Assembly: GCA_029953675.1 (NCBI GenBank)
Contig: JAMWBK010000009.1
Span: forward strand, 1,488,001 to 1,552,000
Origin: Rhodosorus marinus CCMP1338
Taxonomy: Eukaryota; Plantae; Rhodophyta
Direction of reading: 5' to 3'
DNA length: 64,000 nt
The notes beneath the pieces are model-generated. The model saw only the letters and a program-made list of their open reading frames with translations. It was not told the origin of the DNA and ran no database searches. The position numbers were made by a program, and so were the translations under genes. How positions within the stretch are numbered: position 1 is the stretch's first letter; the number at the start of each line of letters is the position of its first letter. Below, one piece after another: positions 47,785-59,869 of the stretch.

Positions 47785-50545
47785 TTAATTTCGGGGCCTG
47801 AAACCGTTTGAACCATCCCTCCTTCCGTTCTGTCCCCTATTGCCAGGCTTATTGCCCTGTTTACCAGATCTTCTACGACGACTCTTATTGCTGTCAGGTG
47901 TTTTGGATCGGTTCGAGTCCTCGGCTGGAGCTTCCGGGAAGAACGTTCTTGTCTGTTTCAAATGCGCCCGTGCAGGTATCAGGCCCTCGTACAGGCGTGA
48001 GTGCATCGTCTTCAGATTCAGTCGAAACTTTTCAAACCTATCCTCAAACCACTGTAGGTTTTTTTCCATAACCTCTGCCTTGTCCAGTTCCCCCTGAGCG
48101 ATGGAAGAGACCTCCTTCTCCATCATCGCCCGTATTTCCGGGAGGACAAGCTTGCTGTCAATATCGAGTATGCCCTTTATCAAATTTAAGCCCAGCGTCG
48201 TTGGCACCAAGTAGCGACCTCCAGCCGGCTTCCTTCCACCAGACCCTGGTTTCCTACCAACCGGAATTGGTACTCCTAATGAATCAGGAACGCATGCACA
48301 GGGAAGAACGGGAACCACTGGTCAGGCGACGTCACTTCCGTAAGAGAAGCGTCTCTCACTTTCCTCAGAGATGGCTTACCCTCTTTGTCACAAACCACAA
48401 CGTAGCTACGGTCCACAATTGTGCTTATATGCCCGGCCATGCTCGCATCCGTTCCGATACCGTGCTTGTCCATGAGGCTGACGAGCTCGTGTTCTTGTAG
48501 AAACTGAGGCGGAGAGGTCTCGTTTCGAATAACCTGCACTTTTCCGAACGTGACTGGATCTCTTGGAAATATCTTCTGCATCTGCCCAGATCGCCCTGAG
48601 TCTTTTTCCGACCTAGTTTTGAACTCCTCGTCAATTCGATAGACGTCCCCAAGATTCCACTTCATTGATCCTCCAAACCCGAGCTGCAAAAGTAGACGTG
48701 TACAGGGTTAAGAAACTTCCTATGGTTTCAAACAAGCGGAGGGATTTGGCGATACGGGCCTTACCCTATCGACAATCACTTGCTTGTGGACCAGAGTGAG
48801 AGCACCAACTTGGATATCGCTGTTTATCTCCCTGTATTTAAGATCTCCCATCAGGCTTCCGAAGAAATGTCGCGCGATGAATTCATAAACTCTCCATTCA
48901 AGTCCGCCTTGAAGCTCAGACCTTGTCGCAGACTTGGTTGGCGTGATTGGGGGATGGTCTCCGAGGTTCACACCACCTGAAAACACAAGGATCCGACAAT
49001 AAGTTCTTAAGAGGGAGTGAGCAAAGCCAATAGCATGCTCTCGGTCTGTACTGGCCTCTTACCCGTTGGAACTCCAGGGTTTTGTCTGCGTACAAAGTCT
49101 ACTGTCTTGGCCCAGTCCGGATGATCCTTGTGGTCGTTCAGGACGGACTTGATGCTCATCGACGGTGGGTACTGGGTAGTTTCTGTTCGAGGGTAGGAAA
49201 CGTAGCCAGCGGTATATAACTTTTCGGCCACCTGCATCGTCTTCTTCGGTGAGATCCCAAGTGACTTGGAGCAGGCCATAAGTAGTTGAACGGTATTCAG
49301 CCCGTTTGGTGCTTTCCTCGTTCTCTCAACTACACGAACGTTGGAAACTATGCCTCTTCCGTGTTTGTTGATCTCAGATCGCACTCGTTCGGCATCTGCT
49401 TCATCGAACGTTGACTCCTTGGACCATCGCAGGACAACCTCACTACCGACATTGGCTACGAAGATGACATGTTTTTACGTCAGTTGCGGTCAGGATGGTT
49501 AGTGGCTAGTACCCCGCGGTCACCTCCTATACTGGCTTGAGTGAGCGGAGTAGTTCGTCCAAACCCGTACCTTGAACGCGGACCGCCCAGTACGGTTGCC
49601 TCTCGAATGAGAGCATATTGTTGAAGCGATCAACACAAAAGAACAACGTCGGCGTCTGACAGGGACCGTAGCTCAACAGTTTGATGTCATCGCGGTACTT
49701 TCTCCGCACAAGTCCAGCAAAATTGTTGGTTAAAAGCCTCGAAAACGCGACTCCGACTTTAAGATCAAGCTCCTGCCGTGCGTCGACGGCCATCGATTCG
49801 TTCGGATTGGGACGCGCAAGACTACCAAACGCGGCACTGATCTCTGAATTAGTCAGAGCAGAAAATCGTGCTCGGTGGATGCCGCTATCGTTTGAAAAGG
49901 TATCGCGGGTGACGGAAATCACCTGTTCGCATTGGAATATAACGGCACGCTGTCATTAGACACTTCGTCTAGTCTTTTCCGAGACTAGAGCTCGTATCGT
50001 GTAGCCCAGAAGACAAGAACACAAAGCAAGATGTGTCTCACCTCGTGCGCAATATTTTCTCCTTCCCGATCGCAGTCCAACCACAGAACCAAACGTTCAC
50101 AGCCCTCTGCCTCGTTTTTTAGATGCTCGACGATCCTCAGCTTATCTGCGGTTTCCTCAACTTTCTTCGTAATCGGACAGTTGAACAGTAGGGCAGGGTC
50201 CCTCCTCCAGTTGCCATTGGCAGCAGACTCATTAAAGGCTACGGAGAATACATGCCCGACCACACTAGTAACCTGAACCCAGGACACAGAGCCATTCATG
50301 TCAGGCCTTTCGTTGCAGAAGTCGTCAAAGAAACTCACGCGGGGAGAGGGAAGAGGGTCTCCCGAGGTTCCAGTATTTAGGTCGCTCACCCGAACAACAA
50401 CTTTTTCGCCGGTTGATGGAAATGAGGTAAAGAACTCAAAAACTGGAACGTTTCGCCCTAGTCCACGTCTTTTTCGGCATTGACCTTTGGAGAGTATTCC
50501 TGCAATAGACTCAGCCACGCTAGGCTTCTCCGCGACCATCAAAAC
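47785..50545 (-). CDS. TOP3B: Type IA topoisomerase (TOP3B-type) portion of the fusion gene
   Basis: [44 protein letters not shown] (TOP3B-type), SYPRTET (catalytic Tyr), DHPPITP, and GIGTDAS. Confidence 0.93.
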
Positions 50546-52993
50546 CTAGTGGAGGGAGTGGCAGACCCATATTAGAAACAAACAATCTGGTAATGACAGG
50601 CAGTCTCGTGGTTGATAAGACACTACACACCTTCTTCAGGTTTCCCGTAGATTCTTTGAACCGCGAGCTATTGGTCTCAATAACCTCTGGAGGAAACATG
50701 GCCATGTATTCATAGAAAAGCTTCTTGCTCCTTCCCAGAAGCATTCTCTCGATTTTGACCACGGGCTCTCTCCCCAGCTGGTATCCAGACGACTTGAGTG
50801 CCTTCGTGAGTTCGTCCGATGGCTTTGGACGCTTATACTTCTCAATGGCCAACCTCCGAATTTCCTCGTCTGAAACTTCCTCTTGCTCAAAGATTTCCTC
50901 CAGATCTTCAGACTCTGAACCGTTCTCGATGGCTCCCTCAACCGATTCTTCATCAGTCACCGAAGATCTTTCGTAAGCTTTTTCATCGAAATCCGTGAAC
51001 CTGAGGTCCTTCTGAGCTCCCCAGGTTCCTTTCTTTGCCGTCTTCCGAAAGTCTTGACCCCCAAACTCAAACTGCTCTCCCTCCTCGACTTCACGAGAAC
51101 CAACGTTCTTATTGACGAGAACATCGTGCTCCCTTTGGGCCATGTGCGCCATACCAATGAGCCAGTTCGGCGGCGATTGTCCTACTTCTTTCAATTGCCT
51201 GAGAACGGACGCAGCTGTTCCCTTCTGCCGAACATTCATGAACGCTGTGGCCGTGCCTCGTTCACCACCCCGACCGGTCCTGCCAATTCTATGGGTATAG
51301 CCTAGCGGAAAGGTTTTCACAAGATTGGAGATTGGATTCTGAGATCTTGGCCCAGTTGGAGTGAGCCCCGTCGGTCCGATCAAGTTGACTGCTTACTGTC
51401 GGAATCCTTTGGTGCGTCGTACTGAATGACATGGTCGATGCCGGTAACATCCAAACCGCGTGAGGCCAGATCCGTTGCGACAAGGATTGGGGTTTGTCCA
51501 GATTTAAAATTTCGCAGGGCTTTTTCCCTCTCTGTTTGAGTTCTATCTCCATGGATTTCCTCCGCATTGAATCTAACCATCATCACCATGGTGAATTGCG
51601 AGGTCGTCGGTTCAGAACGCCATATTCACGTTGGAAGACGATTGCGGGTTGAGCTCACCTTTTTCGCTTCAGCAGTTGAACCAACGCCTGCGCTCTCTCC
51701 TTCGTGTTGGAGAAAATTAATGTTCGTTTGTCAACTTTCGACCTCTCATCCAGTAATCGCACGAGCGCGGCATCTTTCTGGTTGTCCTCAGCCCAAATCA
51801 ACTGCTGCTTAATCAGCTCCGTGGTGGAGCCAACACGTCCGACCTGTAACAGCAACATTCTCTGTCAGACTACTTTTTTTTCTTGGTAGATGGTCAGAGA
51901 CCCTAAAGTAAGGGGTATTTGTGAACTAACCGATACGAAGAAGTAGTCCTCATCTAGAAAGTTCGCTGCGAGATACTGTATGTCTTCTGGGAACGTTGCA
52001 CTGCACATAACGTTTGTCCTCTTGGCAGTTCCAAGTCTTCTCAGAATGAATCGCAGTTGAGGTTCGAAACCCATATCCAGCATTCGATCTGCTTCATCGA
52101 CCACTAGAAACGATACATCTCGCAGTGACACCGCTCCTCTCTCAACGAACATTTGGAGTCTTCGCAGAAGGGTTGAACGACGTTCGACAAAGACAGCGCC
52201 GTGTAAGTTTTCCAGAAACAGGATCTTTCTTTGGATCCATACTTAAATGGAATTTCCCTCGCTTACCTTCCAGGGGTAGCAATGACAAGATCAGAGCCAG
52301 CAGACAACTTTTCCGCCTGAGACTTTGTCGAATCTCCACCGTAGACGCATACGCTCTTCAAGCCAGTTCCAGCGCATAGTTTTTTGGATTCCTCGAATAT
52401 CTGTACGGCGAGTTCCCTCGTCGGCGCCAGCACGAGAGCTCCAGGGTTTGCGGTCTTTGTTCTATGTGAAGCGCTTGATACAGAGCCTCTGCGAGAAAGC
52501 AGCTCGTTGATCGCGGGGAGAAGAAACATGATAGTTTTTCCCGACCCGGTTTGAGCACATGCCATAACATCTTTTTTCGCGAGGAGCAGAGGAATACAGT
52601 GCGCTTGAACTGGAGAAAGCCTCTCGAAACGAAACTTTTGCAGATTCTCGTGAACCGGCCGCGGCAGCTTATCTGATAGTTGTTCAGGTTTCAGCACTGG
52701 TTTTGTTCCATGAGTCTGCGAGAAATATTACCCAAAGAGAGGTCTCTCAGCTTAGAACATGAAAGCACTGGCTTTTCGCAGATTACAAGCATCCGCACCT
52801 TTGGGGAAACCTCCACTGGAATGTCATATTTATCAATCCCGCCACCACGAGATGATTCAGCAGCTGCTCGAGGACCCGCAACACGACCCAAATGTCTCCG
52901 ATATATCGAGATCGCTTGCTTTCTTCCACACCAACAGATCCTACTCCTCAGCAAGTCAGCTGCTCCAACCTTTCCAATAACAAAGCCACTCAT
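47785..52993 (-). CDS. Predicted single gene encoding a DED1/DDX3-like DEAD-box RNA helicase fused to topoisomerase III-beta (13 exons, roughly 1,350 aa)
   Basis: All 12 GT-AG introns splice in frame by manual reading. The junction intron 50546-50630 joins ..NLKK to VLMVAEKPS. There is no intergenic space between the two parts. Confidence 0.8.
50546..50630 (-). other. 85-nt GT-AG intron joining the helicase and TOP3B frames
   Basis: Donor AAG|GTGTGT, branch-like TTCTAAT, acceptor CCACTAG|GTT. Both sides are phase 0 and the length is typical for this window. Confidence 0.8.
50631..52993 (-). CDS. DEAD-box helicase portion plus acidic linker of the fusion gene
   Basis: [64 protein letters not shown], and FGGQDFR. 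Confidence 0.93.
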
Positions 52994-54133
52994 CGTAGCT
53001 CTAGGCTCAGGATTCTCATGCAAACGAACTCTTCCAGACCAAAGATAAAGTCTCAAATAGAACAACCAGTTACTCCACGCCAATGCCTTTCTAACCCCCA
53101 GCGAATGTCATTCACCAGATCATCATGAGATTGTTAAGCAACTCTTTCTGGTCGACGAGACGGCTGCTAGTTAAACATCGGTGAATCAGGAAGGTTCATC
53201 TCAAGGGTGATTTAAAAGTACATGGAACAGTCTGATAGATCAAGGATAGATACATTGTCTCAGAGGCGTTCTCAGAATAGCTTGATAAGCGTGTGTGGCC
53301 GTCTGGACTTTAGAAGGCACTTGAAGTCGAGGAGCAAAAAGAAAACACACATAGACGATGAGGGCTTTTCGTTGAGAGCATGTGAGGGCGCGTTACTTGC
53401 TGAGCTTCAAAGAAGCAGTTTTCAGCATTGTCTTGTCCTTTCAAGAAAAAGGAATCTGCAGCATTGAAGTATTCTCAACTCGTGACTAAAGAAAATACTA
53501 CACTAGCAAAGATAGACCGGCGACAATACGCCGTCCTGCGCTGCATCATCCACGCGAGACTAAAATGTAAATCACTCAGTTTAATAGGTTATATAAACAG
53601 ACAAATAATGTACTACTCTACTCATCTACTTCCTCCCTACGCGAGCGGCCTTCCTCGTCGAACGTTCGTGGTAGCTCCTAGACAATACTATCATACTAAA
53701 TATATCAAAATATAAGTGACTCTTAAAATATCTGTAGAAAAATGCTTTCTGAGCAAAAACCCTCACCACAAGAATACATCGTCTTTGACAAAATATTGCT
53801 TCATATGACTCTTAACATATACATAAAATGCTGAATGTTGTGACGATTAATTGCGTTTTGAGAACACGAAGAATGTGGATGAAGTTTTCTTGTAAAACTG
53901 GCGGGGCGGTGGGGGATAGTTGTGGGATGGCATGAAGGTGCATAGAATGGTCTTGTAGGAGTACGTTAAGTTGGTTGAAGGTCTAGAATTGATCTTGTAC
54001 TTATCTAACCAAGAAGAAAATAATCTTGGATCCAGCTGAGGTGTTGGTTTTATCTTGTTCGATCGTGTAGATCGTAGGGTGGGGGTGTATAGTAGTGTGT
54101 GTGTGTGATCAAAGTTGGGTTAAATAAGCCAAT

Positions 54134-55562
54134 ATGCCGAATGCTAGGTTGCCTGATATAAAGCTGGAAAGAGTGACAAGCAGCGAAATGGATTTTACGC
54201 TTCTGAATGCGGAGACTTCGATTGCGAACGCTCTTCGGAGGGTGATGATTGCGGAGGTGCCGACGATGGCAATAGATTTGGTGAATATGGAGGTTAATAC
54301 GTCGCCGCTTTTTGATGAGTTTGTTGCCCATAGGCTTGGACTGATCCCCCTCTCCTCCCACGAGGTCGATCAGTTTAACAACACTAGAGATTGCGATAGA
54401 TGTACGGACCACTGTCCGTATTGTTCGGTGAGTATCTTCTGCTGCCTTTTTAGCAGAACCGGAAGGAAGGCACTTGTCTTCGTTGTCCGCTGATCTTGAA
54501 GAAACTATCCTGCTCTTCCCCGGATAAAGATTGAGTATGTACTGGACGTTAGTTGTGACAGCGAGGACTTTTTGGATGTCATGTCCAAAGACTTAATCAA
54601 CGTTTACGAGAAGGAGAGGCCGGAGTGCGCAAGCGTGAAGCCCGTAGACAACAGCGGAGAATCCGAGGCTCATGCGAGAATGAATCAAGCTTCCAAATCC
54701 GATGGAGGGCAAAGACCGCCGGAGGGAATCGTGATCACAAAGCTCCGAAGAGGGCAAAGGATCAAATGCACTTGTATAGCAAAGAAGGTGACCTTCAGCG
54801 TTCAAAGACGTTCAAATGATGAGAACCATGAGTATTATTTTATAGTTATAGCTCTGAACCCTAATTCCCTGAATCGACAGGGTACCGGCAAAGAGCATGC
54901 AAAGTGGTCCGCAGCGAGCACCGTTAGGTTTCGTACGGATCCGAGCATCAGGTTTAGACTTGACAAGATTAACGATACACTGACAAAGGACGAGAAAATA
55001 GACCTCGAGAAGTATAGTGAAGGTATGCGTGTGTTAGGCACTCGACATCCATGAAGTCCACCTGTGTTCTCTACGCTTACCAGGCTTGTTCATGTTTGGC
55101 CGTAATTTGTTGAGCAGGCATGCTCGTTTACAACCTAACAGCGGATGCTCTAGAATATGAGGAATGCTTCCAGGAGAGACGGTTCGCGATTTCTACTGAT
55201 ACGATCAAGAAAGCTGGCGACTTGACTGGCTTGCATGGAGTGCATCCTCATGAGATTATGGTTTACAACGACAACCCCACAGTTTTTAACTTCAAGTGCG
55301 AGGTGAGCGTAAACTTGTGCGAACGAAGCGAGCGGAATGTACTGCTTCTGTTTCGTCCTGCCGGCAAGCGCGTTGAGAGATCACGTTCTGAGAATCGTTT
55401 GTCCTCCTCGGATTTCAGACAACTGGAGTGCTTACTGCAAAGGAGCTATTCTTTAAGGCCATCGAGGTTTTGATGAATAAGCTCAACTCTATTCAAGGAT
55501 ACCTCGATGTCGAGTTGGAGGAGCTTCGAGACAGAAACAATAACACCTATGGAATGTACTGA
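54134..55562 (+). CDS. RPB3: RNA polymerase II subunit RPB3, 5 exons
   Basis: ANALRRVMIAEVPTMAID, DEFVAHRLGLIPL, Zn loop CDRCTDHCPYC, KLRRGQ, and GKEHAKWS. Confidence 0.95.
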
Positions 55563-55822
55563 TGCACAGGTGAACTTTGTCAATGACCGAGCTGAGTAGT
55601 TCTCCAAGCACTGGCAACAGGGGAAGGCGGATGCGTTGGTAGCTTTGCAATTGTCCAAGAGCCTTGAGCGCACCCCAGGCGAGGAGTCCTTGTTCGGAGA
55701 ATTCAATCAAATATGTAACTTTCTATTAAGCGTCGAATTATAGAGCTAACTCTCTGGTTTCGCGGATCGGACCGGAGACATAGTCAAAACGCAAACTTTG
55801 TATTGCTTGTATTGTACAATGT

Positions 55823-57556
55823 TCAATCTCCGCCACCTACAACAGTGCCCTTCGCTACAGCGTTGGCAACACTTGAAGGTACTGCTGAGGCCGGTTGAAT
55901 TCCACACATGAGCTTGATGGAATCATAAATTAGGAATTGCCCACCAATCATAAACGAAACCTACGCAGAACAAGGAAATCACATTTTGGAGCTTGTGAGA
56001 CGAATCTGAATCTTGCTGGTTGGGAGAACCAACCCTTTCACCCAACGCCGCGAAAAGCTATTTTCACGGAGCGTGTGTTCAAGGTGTCCTACCTGGATAA
56101 GCCTTGTCCCCAGGCCAAGGAACAACCCGGAAAAACCCAGCTTCATAACGATGTTCTTAATATTCGCGAAGGCGCTCTGTTCTTCGCTCTCCTCCTGGTT
56201 GATCTTGCTCAGTATTGTGTCTCCGGGCTGCGAGAATACGGACGCCATGGCCCCAGCAAGCAGGCCGGCGCTAAGAGATATTAGCATAGCGCCGGTACCT
56301 GTAATGCTCTCCGCTTCCCCATCTGCTCCACCTACGTGAAGGCCGTAGTTTTTAGCAGAATGAGCATCAGGAGGAAATGTGAGCGCTGTACAAGCAATAT
56401 GGAAGACATACCCACGAGCGGCTCAACCAGTAACTTGACCAGAACCAGCGTAAACTCAAACGACACGAATTGGCCCACCGTGTACGGCACTTGACGCAGG
56501 AGCAAAGATGGGAGCCCCTTGTACAAACCATTCATTCCCTCGCTTTTCATGAGCAGTTGAAGCCCACCAACAACTGAAGATGGAAAGGTTGGGTCACTCA
56601 CAGATCGAATTCGTATCTAAACGGCGGTGGACGAATGAGGGGCACATGCCACAAGAGCAAATAAAAAGACAACTATTGAGTGAGGCTGTGTCCTAGAAAT
56701 GGTCTGCCACATACATGTTCGTGAACAATCCGTGCAGGTTGTCGGGAGGTTGCTCACCGCTTCCATAGGACACAGAAGAATGCACGCCACACATTCCGCC
56801 AAAAATCCGCCCAGGGCTGCAACGCCAAGAGGTGGCTTCATCTTTGCCACTTCTGGACTTTCCGCTAGAATAACCTTGAAAACCTCATAAAACGAGTATT
56901 TGAAAGCACCATGCAGGAAATACCCCGTCGCTGTTGCCCCAAGACCTGTTTCATTGATCGGGAAACAGGTTTCAACATTCCTCTGTCTGACAGCCTGCTT
57001 GGGTCAATAGTGTATAATACCTTTCAAAAGCGTCTGGGGGCCTTCGTCCTTGACAATTGAACGGATCGCATCAAGTGCTCCCGAGTACTTCTGCGACTGA
57101 GTTTGAAGTCTTGTTTTGACCACGTCAATGGGCGTGCAGCCAGCGTGGGTTAGGAATGCACATATACCTCCGGCAAGAAACAGCTGGAAGAATAGCTTCC
57201 ACGAAAGTGCTCCAGACTCGGCCGCGTCCTATTTAAGAATGCATTCACAGGTTGAACGGAAACATACAGTCTCAGCCAGCAACTTCGCACAAACAAAAGT
57301 CCATGCAATAATCCAGCCGGGCAGTGCTGGACCTGCTAAGGAGGACGAATTTTCTACTTACGGCAATCCCATGATAGCAAAATACACTAAAAGTGAGACC
57401 AACAACCCCTGCGAGACCATTCCAAAGCCTTGACGCCACAACTTTGTTCAGCCTTTTCTTCGCACCCAACCCAATTCCTGCACATACAACGGCGATTCCG
57501 AAAACGTGCAGAAACCTGATGTCCCTAGAGCTCACGGGTACTTCCACCCCATCCAT
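55823..57556 (-). CDS. Mitochondrial carrier family, phosphate carrier-like, with a hydrophobic N-terminal extension
   Basis: GGICAFLTHAGCTPIDVVKTRLQ, GYFLHGAFKYSFYE, CPMEA|IRIR, RQVPYT, SQPGDTILSK, and QFLIYDSIK. Confidence 0.88.
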
Positions 57557-58928
57557 CCTTCACACACCAACTCCTCCACTTCCAAAGTCCTGAGCCACAC
57601 TCCCGGTCCCAGAAATAAGCACAAAAACAACAATCTCCTCCGGCCCCAGAAATTCCTACAAACTCACAGATTTCAAACCTCTCTTGTAAAGAAGAATTAT
57701 CCTCCGTATAGCTACAGATTCTATCACTCACGGCAGCCTTTGTCACTCCTCCAAACTCCCCTCTAACGCACCTTACCAAGCTGAGCTCTTATAGTCCCAG
57801 CCACCGAAACCCCGAATCGACGAGAACAAAATTTATTACAATAAAATAATCAAAATTCTGAACAGTCAAACACCAAACGGAAAAGAGTTCGGAGTCATGA
57901 GTTGACAAGAGACGTTGAGTAGTGTGCGTAGCATGTCAGCTACATCGATGGAAAACGCCAGTGGCATGTGATGAGGGTGGGAGTTTCATGTCACGTCGGG
58001 TGTCGTGACGGATAATGTCCCTGGCTTACTTGTCTACCATGCCGATGTATGACGAGCACTGGCTTTCAACCTGAATTGTTAAAGAATATGAACGACATCG
58101 AACACACCGAAATGAGAAAAGAGTCCCAAGTCTATGGTTACGATGGAAAATTCTCCACATAGCCTTTTTGAATTCAGCTCGAAAAGCCCTGTGACTCTCT
58201 ATTTCCCTTTTTGGATTCTGCGCAAGTTTCGCAGCTTGCAATGCCCCCCTCTTCTGCAGCGATACGCATACAGATCGGTTAAATCGCAGGCTAAGCTCCC
58301 AGGATGAGGTACGCCAGGAAGGGCACAGAAATCGCGCCTCCAAGGCTAAACGCAGCGTTGTAGCGCCAGAGACTAAAACAAAGAGCCAGACTCTTTAGCA
58401 CTCCACAGTTGAGATGGAGCATCAGGGAACACGTCCCCATCGTCTTGATTTCTTCTCCAACAGGTCCTCTTCACCACACGGCATTTCGTCCCCCCCTGCA
58501 TTTTATTCATTAACAATATTTGGGATCCTATTTGTCGGAAATCGGAATGTGCTCTTTTAAAGACTGAATTCCCAACCGACAATTTATCATTCTATGTTTT
58601 TTTTCCGGAAGGAAACTGGATGGTGGGGTTCGGTATATGTGTCTGCATAATTTTCATAAGCAATACAAGGAGAATTTATGTTTCTGATATCTATCTTTTT
58701 TTTTTTTGGGGGGGGGTCAAGGGGTGTATATGTGGGATTGACTTATGAATATTAGGAGAAAACTCAAAATGAACGTATATGGAGTCTTCGGTAAATTAGG
58801 GACGATAAGAATATTCTTTTTGATTAATAAAAAAGAAGATAAGATCAAAGTAGATCGTGATTATTTATCGTATAAAAAGCAATCATTCCCCCCTTTTTTA
58901 ATATTACAATATTTTTAGAAGGTAACAA

Positions 58929-59869
58929 TTATATGGTCGTGTAGCCACCATCAACACAGAGGATTTGGCCGCTGATGAAGTTGGCTGCTTCGGAAGCTAA
59001 GAATAGAACGGCATCGGCGACTTCAGCGGGTTCTCCGAATCTGCCTGCTGGGATTCTTGCCAACATAGGACCTCCACGCTCTGGATCACCCCATGCTTTC
59101 TTCCCCATATCTGTCATGACTATGGTTGGTGCAACTGAATTGGTTTGTATGTTGTACTTGGCCCATTCGACAGTCATGGTCTGCAGAAAATAAACAATCG
59201 GCCGGACTCTCTTAGAAAACTTTGAAGCCATGAATCCGGCTTTACTGCTGGTTGAATCCCATACCTTCGTGAGGTGGTCCAGAGCGGCCTTCGAGGCCCC
59301 ATATGCTGCGTGCATATGCACGCCTCTTGATCCAACTATAGACGTCACGTTGACTATCTTCCCAGCTCTTCTCTCGATCATACCTTTGGAGAACTTTTGA
59401 GCAAGCATGAAAGGGGCCCTCACATTTACTGCCATGGTTTTGTCCCAATCTTCAACAGACAGCGTTTCCAACTGATCAACTGGAGCAACCCCACTGGAGG
59501 TGCACAGTGCGGGCAAGGCTTACGTGAGCATCTGTCTCGTATAAACAAAGTAATGGATAAATGGCCACCATGAGCTTACGCGTTGTTCACAAGGACGTCT
59601 ACTTTTCCGAGGACCTCCAAGGCTTCGTCACCAATAGCTTCCGTGCTCTTGATGTCGCCGAGGTCCCCATTTATAAGGTGCCATTTCCCCAACTCGGTTA
59701 GACTCTTGGTAACCTCTTCAGTTGGAGGTCTCGTTGAGACCACGGCTACTTCTGCTCCCGCTCCCATGAAAGCCTTGCTAATTGAGAGGCCTATACCTCG
59801 AGTTCCCCCAGTGACAACGCACTTTCGATCCTTGAGAGACATCCTCTCTGTCGTGGAAGATTCGACCAT
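58929..59869 (-). CDS. Classical short-chain dehydrogenase/reductase (L-xylulose reductase/carbonyl reductase-like), 3 exons
   Basis: TGGTRGIG, VLVNNA|G, YGASK, NSVAPTIVMTDMG, RIPAGRF, and VDGG. Confidence 0.92.

Noticed and set aside
57965-58075. Box C/D-like motifs (also at about 47594, 53010-53125 and in CAF1 intron 1)
   Set aside because: There are no convincing terminal stems or recognisable rRNA-complementary guides; an Rfam/snoscan run would be needed.
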